From assembly GCF_001194135.2 (NCBI RefSeq), contig NC_068982.1:66927200-66991199 (forward strand): DNA of 64,000 bases. The letters run 5' to 3'. A program made the position numbers and the translations under genes. Of this stretch, positions 1 through 11,722 are shown piece after piece. This DNA is from Octopus bimaculoides. Lineage: Eukaryota. Each line of letters begins with the position of its first letter. Position 1 is the stretch's first letter. The notes beneath the pieces were generated by a model. That model made no database searches. It was given only the letters and a program-made list of their open reading frames with translations, and had not been told where the DNA came from.

Positions 1-118
1 ATTGCGTAAAGTACTGTCTGTCTGAGGTCCTTGTTGTGACTTGACAAACAGTACAAACTCCCGGTAGATACAATATCGTCAATCAACAACCTCATGATAT
101 TGTATACTATGCAATGTC

Positions 119-120
<2 letters not shown>

Positions 121-150
<30 letters not shown>
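121..150. repeat. (AAT)n microsatellite
   Basis: About 10 AAT units, adjoining the tail of a family A SINE. Confidence 0.95.
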
Positions 151-151
<1 letters not shown>

Positions 152-159
152 TAATGATG

Positions 160-390
160 ACGATGATTTAAAATTTTGGCAGAAGTCTAGTAATTTCAGA
201 GGGAGTGGGATAAATTAATTCCATCAAGCCTAGTACCAAACTGATACTTAATTTCAAAAGGACGAAATGCAAAGTCAACCCTTTTGAACTCAGAAATGCA
301 AAGTCAACCCAATTTGGACTCAGAACATAAAATCAGAAGAAATGCTGCTAAGCATTTTTCCTGGCGTGGTATTGATTTTGCCAGCTCGCC
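160..390 (-). mobile_element. SINE family A (tRNA-derived head, Meta-domain-like centre), degenerate
   Basis: Reverse complement gives GGCGAGCTGGCAAAATC...TTCTGAGTCCAAATT...; same family as 43740-43970. Confidence 0.75.
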
Positions 391-419
391 ACCCACTCTC
401 CTACTTCCGCCTTCACCAC

Positions 420-1543
420 AGCTTCAGCTCAATACTACACATCCCCTCCCCAATCTAACAATCACTATCACTTACATCCCTTTTATAGTCTTCCAGCCAT
501 TTAGGTAGATGATGCTCTATTTGGGATTGTTGCAAGGATGCAGTGCCAGCCTCTTCCTCTCTTTGTTTTTTGTCATTGGAGGAGCTCACAACCCTCTTGA
601 TGTCTAGGATGCAATGCAGCATTCCTTCCACTGATACATTGTTACGAGAGTTCACTGCTGTCACTCTTCTTTTCCCTAATCAGTTGATGGGGAAGCTACT
701 GGGACAGTAGCTCCCCTCCATCCGTTTCCCTGTTTACACTGGTTAGCAATGTGTCCTGGTTCATCACACCAGTAGCACACCACTTCCAATCTCGGTGCCG
801 TGTAGTCTCTGACTATATGAGGACCCCGACACCTGAAACATGGTCCCGTCATCGTTCGCCCAGCTTCTCTTGCCTCGTTCTTCTTCCTGTTAGTTTCGAT
901 TTGCCTCTTCGTTGTTTTCGTCTCCATCATCATACAAACTACATTGTATTGTTCTGAGTCATGATGCGAGTATGCTCTATCAACTTTCTCACCAGCATGG
1001 TGTGGATACCTGGCAGTTGCTGCAAACTTATTGAGATGTGATTGGGAAATCCGGTCACAAAAGTCAACCTCACAACACTCTCCATTGCCTCGCCAGAAGT
1101 CCCTGCTAAAGCCACTAATCTCCTAATCTCACTCACATAGTCCTCGACCTGTTCTATGGTCCCCCCTCATGCTTCTGAGCTTACTATATGCCTTAAAACT
1201 CCCTCTGTATAAGCAACTTTCAGCTGTTCCTTGAGCTTTTTGACCTTTTGCTGCTCGTCTTGACATCTCTAGATACAGGCTCAGCGCACTACCTTCTAAA
1301 TACAATGGTAGGAGGCTGGCTATGTCCTGTATCCCCTGTAATTAAGCTACTAGCTTCGCCTTCTTTATCCAGGCCACTACATCGCCTTCTTTATCCAGGC
1401 CACTACATCGCCTCGGCCAGAGAATGGTCTCAACATGTCGTTGCCGAGTCTAATTTTCGATGGCATATTTTACCATGGACAGATTTTTCTTTTTTTTTTG
1501 AGCACTACACAATGAGCCAAAATAGCTTCAGCTCAATACCACA
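420..1543 (-). mobile_element. Internally deleted Ty3/Gypsy LTR retrotransposon remnant (gag plus short 3' piece)
   Basis: Gag-like frames; polypurine tract TTGGGGAGGGGA (plus 442-453) followed by TG; 19/20 direct repeat TGT(A/G)GTATTGAGCTGAAGCT at 420-439 and 1524-1543. Confidence 0.65.
676..1466 (-). pseudogene. Gypsy-type gag pseudogene with two zinc-knuckle motifs
   Basis: Stitched frames read MPSKIRLGNDMLRPFSGRGDVVAWIKKA...IASLLPLYLEGSALSLYLEM...EIRRLVALAG...VRLTFVTGFPNHISISLQQLP...CFRCRGPHIVRDY...CYWCDEPGHIANQC; broken by stops, frameshifts and a 26-bp tandem duplication (1358-1383/1384-1409). Confidence 0.8.
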
Positions 1544-1839
1544 GATACCCAAGGATACAGGTAGTGACATAAATTCTACCGGGAATAAGAATGAATCTGA
1601 ATCAAATCAGAAATAATAATAATGGTTTCATTAAGACACAAGACCAGTATTTTCTTGAATGGAGAGGGTTGGTCAAAACCCCTGACTCAGTACTTGGCTG
1701 CACTGGAATTTACTTTTTTTTTTTTGCCAGAGGTTCTGCATTGTATACACAGAAAAGATTGAGGAAATAGAAATGGAAGTCCTCAAATATGACAAAGCAA
1801 GGTGATTATAACACTTTCCTACATAAACTAAAGGGAGAA

Positions 1840-2155
1840 TAAATGTACAAGTGTGGTATTATAATTATTAAGAAGAAAGCATACATTTCTTGGAATGCCT
1901 ATTTGATACCAAAATCAAGAAAATGGTGAAGAAAAAGTAGAGTATTATACCAATTTGAAGCATGAAATTCTGAAATGTTGCAAAAAATGAAGCTAACATG
2001 GTCATAATCCTGCTAATCATCACTAGTGTTTTAGGAACTGAGCAAAGAATTTGAGAGCAAATGTCAGAAAGTGGATTTTAGTCTGGGAGATCTTAATCAA
2101 TTTCATTTGATTGAGCTTGAAATATCCCTGAAAATACTGAATACAAAATAGGGAT
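1840..2155 (+). mobile_element. Highly degenerate R4/Dong-like LINE 3' fragment (RLE domain)
   Basis: Frameshifted peptide CLFDTKIK..GEEKVEYYTNLKHEILKCC..EANMVIILLIITSVLGT resembles the RLE C-terminus (compare 61848-62847). Confidence 0.5.
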
Positions 2156-2160
2156 TGATA

Positions 2161-2538
2161 GGCACTCCGTCGGTCACGACGACGAGGGTTCCAGTTGATC
2201 CGATCAGTGGAACAGCCAGCTCGTGAAATTAACGTGCAAATGGCTGAGCACTCCACAGACACGTGTACCCTTAACGTAGTTCTCAGAGATATTCAGCGTG
2301 ACACAGTGTGACAAGGCTGGTCCCTTGAAATACAGGTACAACAGGAACAAGAAGAAAGAGTAAGAGAAAGTTGTGGTGAAAGAGTACAGCAGGGTTTGCC
2401 ACCATCCCCTGCCGGAACCTCATGGAGCTTTAGGTGTTTACACTCAATAAACATTCACAACGCCCAGTCTGGGAATCAAAACCGCAATCCTGTGACCACG
2501 AATCCGCTGCCCTAACCACTGGGTCATTGCGCCTCCAC
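2161..2538 (-). mobile_element. SINE family B (tRNA-derived, OR-type-like), full length
   Basis: Head GTGGAGGCGCAATGACCCAGTGGTTAGGGCAGCGG...GGTTTTGATTCCCAG with A/B boxes; highly similar to 59545-59931; probable TSD AAAATAG(G/A)GAT. Confidence 0.9.
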
Positions 2539-2734
2539 AAAAAAAAAAATAGAGATATGTATAGCATAAAAGGATTTTTATAGGAAAAGGGACAAAAAAT
2601 GCTTTTCACCCTAGATCATTGGATGTGTCTTTACAGGAAGTATAATTAAACAGGATAGATCATCAATATAGCACAAACACCAAAACAGTGACAATGGCAG
2701 GAACAGCAATGATGACAACTATTATTGTTATCAT

Positions 2735-2916
2735 TAAGGAAGCAAGGCTGGCAGAATCATCCATCCTTTTAGTTCTGAGTTCAAATTCCACTGAAGTCCA
2801 TTTTGTTTCACATCCTTTCGGATTTGATAAAATAAGCACCAGTCAAGCAGTGGAGTCAATGTAATCAAATTACCCCCTCCCTAAACTTGCTGGCCATGTG
2901 CCAAAATTTGAAACCA
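2735..2916 (+). mobile_element. SINE family A, internally deleted
   Basis: GCTGGCAGAATC...TTCTGAGTTCAAATTCC...CATCCTTTCGGATTTGATAAAATAAGCACCAG...GGCCATGTGCCAAAATTTGAAACC. Confidence 0.8.
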
Positions 2917-3419
2917 TTCTTCTTCTTCTTCTTCTACTCCCCCTCCTCCTCCTCCTCCTCATTATTTTATAGAAATAAATGATGTTTGTTTATGTACAAT
3001 TAAAGTTAAAATGAACAGTAATTCCATGGAGTGTATTAAAATCATAAATAATTGGTGTCTTATATAAACAAGAGTTCATCAGATTATTAATGGCTGATAG
3101 AAAAAGAATGTTAATTTATGTAATTTTAATTGAAAAGAAAAAAAACTCAAAATCATTTGAGATTGATGAAGAGAAAGGAGAAGAAGACATTAAAATTTTA
3201 GCATCTCTACAAAATAATGAGTTTTTTATAACCATAAAATCATTATTCATCATCAGTAGGTCTGACTAGGTTGGGATAGGTTCCGCCCAAGCAATTGACT
3301 AACTACCAATATGCCTTAATGTCCATCTACTTGAGATGGTCTGACAAGGGGTTACAGAACAACAACAACTTCTACTACCTCTCCTGTCTCTTCCATATCT
3401 TAAGTTAAAAGTTATAGTC

Positions 3420-3636
3420 CAAACATTTTGTGACTACATTTCTGTTGAAATACACTGCCATTGTTGCAATTAATATAAAAATAACAAAGAATTTAGTAAA
3501 ATAACTTTGCCATTATTAAACTGGTGTTTGAAACATAATTTGCTATGAAAGGTTTCAATTTAGATTACTTTAAAATATAAAGTATGTATCATAGAATCAT
3601 GGACAATCTCAAATAGGTTGGCATCGAAAGGGTTAA
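3420..3636. mobile_element. piggyBac-type MITE (family 2), one end clear
   Basis: Ends AAAGGG|TTAA (3627-3636); interior homologous to 8134-8347. Confidence 0.7.
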
Positions 3637-5089
3637 ATTCTTGCCATGCTAATATCATTTGAATAAGATTGTTAATTCATTGGTTTTACAATTCGATGCT
3701 TTTGGTATAAAATATGAGTGAGAAGTAGAAATAATATGCTCCCCAATTTAACACCAAAAGTAGTGAGAGAACCTCTATACAGTTGCTTGACCTACAATAC
3801 ATAGCAAGCAAATATCCTTCCAATCTCACCCTACCATGTTAAAAAAGGAAAGGCATATTAGACATTGTGGCTTGTGATGCACAATGACTGGAAATAAGAT
3901 GCAATGGCCTTGGTTGGAATATTTTTTATCGTATTTCTTCTGCTTGATCAGAGCTGACCCAGAGCTAAAGACCAACACCACACTAACACCATCTGATCCT
4001 TGGATGCCACCACCTGCTCCTTGGTTAGTTAGAATATCAGAGTGCACAATTAGGAACAGGACTAAAAGAACATGAAACTATATCTAACAAGTAGTTAAGT
4101 CATTGCAATCATATTACCATGAGCAAAAAATAGTAAATCAATCAAAATTATCTCTGCAGTGATGATAAGAAAGTATTAGCTCAAGGTTGGTAAGGATGGC
4201 AGCTTCAAAATCCCAATTAATTAAATACGGTTTAGGCCTTGTGTTATCTCTCCTTTCTGCCTGCAAGATGATTTATATGTTTCTCTTCAGATGATGTAAC
4301 AATATTCCTCATTAGAACACACACCATAAGATTCTGTTAACTGCTATGGTATTAAGTTGCTGAGGTGTGAGGTTTCTCTGGCTTGGATCTTGTGAATATT
4401 TATAAAAGTTGCACAATTTTTAGATCTAGTATTTGTTATTGTAGCTGCTTAGTACCAAGTTAACCCTGAGTGAACAGAACTATGATTAAATATTTTCCAG
4501 TCATGACCACTTTCAGGAATGGTGCCTCTTAAGACTACGGTATCCAATGTGTCAGATTTAATAGTAAGTTACAATAGCAGAATACAAGATCAATAAATTA
4601 TCTTCTGCTCTGTTTCAGAACAGATTTAGTTAAGATTTTTATCACCTAGCAGCACCTTCTCTACAGACTGAATAAATACACAAATAAACTTGGCAAGATT
4701 TGATTTCAGAATTGTAAATCATCAAATTACATATCAGTTACCAGTTACTCCAACATCTCCTGGTATTGTCTTCTTAAATATTTAATCAGCAGCTAGATCG
4801 ACCAAAACAAGTAATGGTCAGAGGTTTAGCTAAAGGCATAGGTGCCACCCAGTAGTAGAACAGAAACTAATCAATGAACTGAGTTGCTGATACTTTATCT
4901 ACTCAGGTACCGTAATTCTTGACTAGAAGACTATATAATCATACACTATATAGTATAATATTCCAAGTAATACTTACACAAATTCTGTCTACTCTCTCAA
5001 ATGAAGATTAACAAAAACAGAAACCAAACAAAGCAAAAAAAAAAAAAAAACACTTTTTGGAAGATGCCAATATGAAAAGAGAAAGAAAT

Positions 5090-6280
5090 TATTGATAGTG
5101 GTTAATAGGAGTAAGTCACTTCAGCTAGCATTTGTTGACCTGGGGAACACCTTTGACAGGGTTCCATGTTATGTAGTCAGGTGGTTGCTGAAGAAACAGG
5201 AGGGAAATAAATACATGCAAGGGGTGAAGTCAACAAGGTGGATTAGCAAAGTGTATATCAAGGAACTTAGCATGCAGATGAGGATCAATCAACTACAGCT
5301 CAGTTCTCAGCTTTCCACTGTTTATTACATTCCTCCAAGCTATGACAGAGATGTTTAAGATCAGCTTTCCATGGGAATGCTTGTATACTGACAGTTTATT
5401 TCTTATAACTGAAACTATGGAATTCCATGGAAGCACAGAATTTCTTCTCTATGAGAGCAAAACTTGGAATTTAAAAGCCTCAAAATAAATTTTAAAATTT
5501 TAGTGAGCAGAGAAGTCATGATATTGTTGCCATCAGAAAAATGGTTATGATTGATATACAGAGATGCAACTAGAAATTCTGTGTAGTATATCTAGTGCAA
5601 ACTAGGGATGCATGAAGGATATATGTGGAAGATGCACAGGAGCAGATAGTACTCATGGAATAGATTCTTTCAAATGTCCAGAAGTCTTTACAGTGGCACC
5701 TGATAGCTTTTGTTGCTTAGATGACTAGATTAGTACAGGAAATTAGTATATTGAAAGCATGGTAGCTGAAGAAGGAACAGGTTGGAAACAATTCAGGAAG
5801 TTATTACCTCTGCTGGTAACAAAGGGTTTCTCTCTCACAATGAAGGACAGATTAAATAATCTTTGTGTATGAAGTATGATACTACATGATAGTGAGAACT
5901 GGGCCTTGAATGTGACAAATTTTTCATGGTTAGAAAGTAACAAAGTGAACATACTACACTAGATGTGTAATGTTAGTGTACATAAATAATGGAGCAGAAA
6001 TGAGTAGAGAGAAAAGCTGGATTTAAGGGGAATTAGACTGCTCTACAGTACAGACATGATGCATACTGAGAACGTCAGTTTTATAACAAAGTACCAATCA
6101 TATGAAAAAGGGAAATCCAAAAAGAAAAGAGACCAGGTAGTGAAGATTAATCACATGAAGTTGAATCTCATGAAGATGATGACAAAGGAATATATGTTAT
6201 GATCTGCAGTGCTGGAAGAGACCTGCTCTCCTATTTTTAAGCATGGCAAAAATGAAAGTTAAAATGGTGGTAATGATGGA
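5090..6280 (+). mobile_element. 5'-truncated degenerate RTE-clade LINE (RT domain to 3' end)
   Basis: LAFVDLGNTFDRVPCYVVRW, GSVLS.PLFITFLQAMTEMFKISFPWECLYTD (YADD-like motif); later WKQFRKLLPLLVTKGFSL; many stops. Confidence 0.85.
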
Positions 6281-6692
6281 GATTGAGATACGATCTGTCT
6301 ATATTCAACCCTCTATCACCACCACATTATTTTTCTCTCCCTTTTTTTCAATCACTACCCCTATGAAATAAAAGATGATGTCATGTCTGTCCATATGTAA
6401 TTCCCTCTGACCATTACTCAGTATCACTTTACCTTTTCCCCACCATACTGTCTGTTTAGTGATGCAGACAGATTTGCATGGCAAATCTGTCTGTACCCAA
6501 TCCTCCTACCATCATCCTTCTGTATAACCAGCTATCAATCTTTTTCTCTCATTAATCCAACATTTATCATTCACATCCATTACTCTCTCTCTCTCTCTCT
6601 CTGATATTGTCAATTATTTTTACTGCTATACATTACAAGTGTTTTGCTCTTACCATTGCCCATCACTTTATAACTATTCATTTCTCTCACTT

Positions 6693-6730
<38 letters not shown>

Positions 6731-7149
6731 TTATTAATCCTTTTATCTCTTATTGTTGGCAAACATCATATTCATTTGTTTCCATTACTCCCTCTTCCCC
6801 TGTCATGCCACTCATGCTACTTTCTGATACAATTCCTTTACCAACAACCAACATGTAGCTGCCTACCACTGTATCTCTACTACTGCTATTCCCTCTACCA
6901 CCTTCTCACCTCTGGTCTTGTTTCTTCTAGTCGCCCTCCTGATAACATTATTTTGAAAGAATGGTGGCAACTTAGAGTGGAAAGAACTTTTTAGTTTTAA
7001 AATGACAAAGCAACCTCTCTTGCGCTGGTGCCACAATAAAATACTTAGTACACTACATAAAGTGGTTAGCAAATGAATGAAGACAGCATAAGGTAGAGAA
7101 GGCTCTTTAGTCTTGCTGAGGACAAGGCAGCCTTTTTTGTGCTGGTATC

Positions 7150-7372
7150 ATGATAAAATAAACTCAGTACACTCTGAAAAGTGGTTGGTGAGAGGAAAAG
7201 CAGCCAGCTATAGAAACCATGTCAAAAATGGAAAGCAAAAATGAAATATGGTCCCCGACTCATCTAGAACGACAGTGAGTCTGAGCAGACCCAGACCATA
7301 AGGACCCATCTGACCTATGTCAGTATAGAAGGCAGATGAAAAGTGGTGATGGTGGTGGTGATGATGATGAAT
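7150..7372 (+). mobile_element. RTE-type 3' tail (family D)
   Basis: AGTGGTTGGTG.GAGGAAAAGCAGCCAGCTATAGAAACC...(GAT/GGT)n tail. Confidence 0.7.
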
Positions 7373-8133
7373 TTCATGTCAACAGTATTGTTTGTTTGAG
7401 ATCTATAATTTTATTGTTTGTGAAAATAATTATATTTGCCGACACATTCCAACCTGTAACCCTACAAAAAAGCTGCCTCCTCACTCTGCCTCTTCTACTG
7501 CAACTATGGTGGTCACTACTCCTCAGAAGTGGATAACTTTGTGTCACTTCAAGCCTTCTTGACCCAATTGTTATTCCTTCTCTTATTTCCCATATTGTGT
7601 CAATCACTTCCTATGAAAGCCCAGCATGAACCACTTCTATCTAGTCCCTCATCCTCAGAATATCGACTCTCAGAAATTTTTTCTGTGATCATGTCATTAA
7701 CTTGTCAATTTGACAGATCTCAGAGCACCTGTGAAGACCATGGGCTTAAAGTCTTTTACTAAATTTGTGCTTATCAGATTTTTATAGTTCAGTGCTCTTT
7801 TTCACAAAATAGTATTTTGCAAACATTTCCACCCCGTGTCTAAATACAAAAAAGAAAGCAGATCATTTTAATCAAAAGAAGTGTATTTTGTACAGTGGTT
7901 TACTATTCATATTTCGTAATAGTATCCTATCCAATATGCTCTCCACTTTCAACATCTGTGCAAAATAGTACCTCTATATTAAATTTTTATGGAAATTACT
8001 AAAGAAAATTGGGTTTATATGACAAAATTATATTAGAACTTGGCACATCATTAGTCCTGATTCAGTTCAGTGATAACACAATGTCATATATTCTAATCAT
8101 GACAAAGATTTTTTTTTTAAAGAAATACGATAA

Positions 8134-8347
8134 CCCTTTTTGTTAGCATATTGCAGTTGAATTACACTACCTTTGTTTCAATTAATTTTTAAAATAATGA
8201 AAAATCTAGTAAAATAACTGTGCCCTCATTAAGCTTGTGCTTGGAATATAGATTAACATGGTGGGAAGTTTTCATTTAGATCTCTTTAAAACAAGAAGCT
8301 TGTATTGTAGAACCAGTGTGGTTTTGGGCAGGTTGGTATCAAAAGGG
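8134..8347. mobile_element. piggyBac-type MITE (family 2)
   Basis: Termini CCCTTT...AAAGGG; right flank TTAA, left flank ATAA. Confidence 0.75.
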
Positions 8348-8376
8348 TTAAAATATATGTATTGTACTTGGTTTAA

Positions 8377-8590
8377 CCCTTTAGCATTCAGATTATTCTG
8401 TCAAATGTAATGCTTATCTATTCACATTGTTTTGGATTACATTATCTCATAGCTTTGAGATTTCAATGATGTGACTGTATATTTTTAGAATAACATTGTA
8501 GGGTAGGTGTGAGAGAGCAGATCTAGCCAGTTTGAACATAAAACAAGTAGAGTATTTTGGCTGGATATGGCTAGTTTAAATGCTTAAGGG
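8377..8590. mobile_element. piggyBac-type MITE (family 1) with TTAA TSDs
   Basis: TTAA|CCCTTTAGCATT...AATGCTTAAGGG|TTAA; relatives at 15077-15530, 27331-27527 and 37043-37262. Confidence 0.85.
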
Positions 8591-9333
8591 TTAAATATTT
8601 TTTCCTAAAACAGTCATGCCCACCCCCTACCTCTAAACACCCAATACCCTTGAGAGCATGTTCTTGACATTAGCTTCTTCTTTGTGAGCACCCAAGAGTA
8701 CAATAGTGAAACAACCATTAATCTACACCAAACCAATAAAAATAAAAAAGGCAGATTGATAACACATCTGAACTAGTACAAAATGTACATGGAATATGGC
8801 AAACACCATGCATTATTAGACAACCTCAGTGAAGTATAACCTTCTCCATACTTGCCAAATCTGTGATAGAAGCACAATATTGACATACAATAATGTAGTT
8901 TTGGCAGAAAGGAATTGAGTTAGAAGTCTTCCAGCAAAGATCTGGTAAAAATGTTCTGATAAATAATTTAAGAGATGAAAGAGAAAAGGTTGAAGAAATA
9001 GTCACAAACACAACCAATAAAGACCCCTACCCCATACTCTCTTTCTGTTCCTCTTTCTCTTTCCCATTCTCTGCTCCCCCCCTCTCTCTCTCTCACACAC
9101 ACACTTTCTTCCTTCCTTCCATTCTCTGTAATTAAATGAAACAGCTTTAGTCTGAAACATCATTTATGAAACATAAAAATTTATATTCGGGGTGTTAAAA
9201 CAAAAGTGAAGGGGAAAAAAAAAATCAAGAAACATCATTTTAATTTATCTCCTGAGTCATTTTATCTCCACTTAGATCCATACAGATATGAATTTATCCC
9301 ATCTATCATGATGTTACACAAAATACCTAAAAG

Positions 9334-9444
9334 NNNNNNNNNNNNNNNNNNNNNNNNNNNNNNNNNNNNNNNNNNNNNNNNNNNNNNNNNNNNNNNNNNN
9401 NNNNNNNNNNNNNNNNNNNNNNNNNNNNNNNNNNNNNNNNNNNN
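9334..9444. other. Assembly gap (N run)
   Basis: N characters. Confidence 1.
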
Positions 9445-9496
9445 AATAATAGTAATAGTAATAATAATAATAATAATAATGATAATAATAATTGTA

Positions 9497-9557
<61 letters not shown>
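9445..9557. repeat. (AAT)n microsatellite
   Basis: Long imperfect AAT array beside the gap. Confidence 0.95.
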
Positions 9558-9558
<1 letters not shown>

Positions 9559-9683
9559 TCTGCAAATAGATGTTATCATAGATCATAACTATAATAGACT
9601 CACTTTATTGTTGAGCAAAAAGCAAGAACCATTTGTTATTACCTAAAAGAGAACAATCAACAACTTCACAAAAAAAAAAAAAA

Positions 9684-9693
9684 NNNNNNNNNN
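9684..9693. other. Assembly gap (N run) within poly-A
   Basis: N characters. Confidence 1.
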
Positions 9694-10085
9694 AAAAAAG
9701 AGAACTACCACGACAATGACTACAACAACTACTTCTGTTGCTACTACCACAACTACTAGAAACACCAGAGATCTATTTTGGTCAACAAAACAGTTAGTTT
9801 AGTTGGAGAAACTGTTTAGCCAAACTCAGTTACAAAAACAAAAAAAAATTTTTTAAATAAAGATAAAAAACAAATAATTAAAAAAGAGTAAACAATGAAG
9901 AGGAATGCTATAAATTATAGATTTATTTCAGAATTAAAGAGTTTAGTAAAGTATATTTTCTAAATTCTTTGTATATTTCCCTCCTCGGTTTGATTTTACT
10001 TCTAGTAACTAATTTATTTGATGTCTGTCATCTATTTAATAAATTTTTACATTACTATTATTATTATCATTACTATTATTATTTT

Positions 10086-10445
10086 GAAGGCGCATGGCTT
10101 AGTGGTTAGAGTGTCGAGCTTATGATGGTGAGGTTGTGAGTTCGATTCCCAGACCAGGCTGCGTGTTGTGTTCTTGAGCGAAACACTTCATTTCACATTG
10201 CTCCAGTTCACTCAGCTGTAAAAACGAGTGGCGACATCATTGGTGCCAAGCTGCATCGGCCTTTGCCTTTCCCTTGGATAACATCGGTGGCATGGAGAGG
10301 GGAGGTTGGTATGCATGAGCAATTGCTAGTCTTCCATAAAAACAACCCTAGGTTGTGCATTCACTGGTGAGGCAACTTTCCACCCAGACTTGTACCCCAA
10401 AGGGGAACCTCTCAAGTGCACCCATGGTCATTCACGACCAATGGC
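10086..10445 (+). mobile_element. SINE family E (tRNA-derived)
   Basis: A box TGGCTTAGTGG, B box GTTCGATTCC; body shared with 11723-12305, 37656-37880, 43138-43285, 50566-50900 and 58355-58610. Confidence 0.85.
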
Positions 10446-11067
10446 GTCATACTATTATCATTATTATTTGTAGCTGAAATGAACTTCAAACTATATCATT
10501 ATTATTCCATACACATCTTGTCTCTATTGTTTTATTTATAAGTTTGTTTCATCATTCCAGCACCCCCCATCATCCCCAATTCCACCACCACCTCTCTCTC
10601 CCTCTCCCTCTCTCTTGTGACTGTTAAATGTTTAAAAGCGCTGGATTCATAACCTGAAAGTAATCAGTTCAAACATCTGTAAAGACACTTAATTGTATCT
10701 TGGCATAATGTTTTCCAATGTTTGTCTCAGAAGTTTATAGTAGAGTGTCTGGTGTAAAACAGAGATGGTGGGAGGAGAGGTAGAGAGAGAGAGACTGACA
10801 GACAAAGAGAGGGTGGGAAAAGAGAGGAGACAAAGAAAGGAGGAAAGACATCAGGTTGTTGAAGTCATCATACATTCTAAGAACACAAACCTAATCTATG
10901 TCTACAGAGAAACATGAATGGAAATTTTTGTTGTTTATTTTTGCATTTGTTTTTGTATTGCACTCTCATTTCCTAAATAAACATAGCTGTTATTTAACCT
11001 GAGACCAATCTCCTCGATGCCCTCTTGTTGGCTTCAAATAAACATAAAATAATAATAACAATAATAA

Positions 11068-11418
11068 TAAGAGCACTCAGAGAGCGCAAACCTCTGCCAA
11101 TGCAACACCAGCATCCTCTCAATGATTAGCTTGAGATGATTTTTAAAATGAGAATATCTGAAATAAAATTGACTGCTCTTACGAATGAGAATACAAAAAT
11201 GAACTGGATCGCTCTCAAACGGAAAAATAATCCATATACCTTGTCCCATACCCGATCAATCCCCAAATCTAATCAGTTCGTGCCAGTCATGAGGCCAAAC
11301 ATCCCTGAAAGTTTCATCTGAATCCATCTAGTGCTTCTTGAGATATCTTGTCCATGGACAAACAAATAAACAAACACAACTGAAAACAATACTTCTGCCT
11401 TCGCTAAGGCGGAGGTAG
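11068..11418 (+). mobile_element. Helentron-associated non-autonomous element (HINE/DINE-like)
   Basis: 5' AAGAGCACTCAGAGAGCGCAAACCTCTGCC; 3' hairpin CTTCTGCCTT-CGCT-AAGGCGGAGG whose right arm is also complementary to the 5' subterminal motif. Confidence 0.6.
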
Positions 11419-11494
11419 TAATTGTTTCTAATACAGGCACAATTTGGGTGAGGAGGTCAGATGGTTACATTAACCCCTGCACTCAACAATGATG

Positions 11495-11680
11495 GGTTTA
11501 TTGTATGCAGTACAATGGTTGGCATTGGGAAGGATGTCCAACCATAGAAACCAAACTGAGACATTGAAGCAAGATGTGACCCCATTGGATTCTCTTAAAT
11601 CAATCAAGCAATGCCAGCATGGAAAGTGGATGTGAAATGATGATGGTCGTGGTGGTAGTGTTGATGAAGATGATGAATTC
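11495..11680 (+). mobile_element. RTE-type 3' tail (family D)
   Basis: GGTTGGCATTGGGAAGGATGTCCAACCATAGAAACC...CCAGCATGGAAAGTGGATGTGAAATGATGATG. Confidence 0.75.
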
Positions 11681-11722
11681 TCTGTTTGACACAGAGTTCT
11701 AGAATCATAGGAATGAACTAGT

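Noticed and set aside
1731-1801. Apparent exon RFCIVYTEKIEEIEMEVLKYDKA after poly-T/AG
   Set aside because: The donor GTGATT is weak and the segment adjoins a decayed R4-like LINE fragment, so it is more likely TE-derived.
4262-4292. Minus-strand CUGAAGA-GAAAC hammerhead-like string
   Set aside because: No room for helix II and no helix I or III pairing.
8835-8872. Minus-strand RFGKYGEGYT, resembling the myosin RFGKY or ABCA KYGxGY motifs
   Set aside because: Flanking residues match neither family; a short chance match.
9206-9646. ORFs with poly-I/poly-Y and X runs
   Set aside because: Artefacts of (AAT)n and an N gap; the same applies to 18159-18980 and 51785-52519.
10086-10150. tRNA-like heads with A and B boxes (also 59545 and others)
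   Set aside because: No complete cloverleaf or acceptor stem; they continue into SINE bodies, so they are not called tRNA genes.
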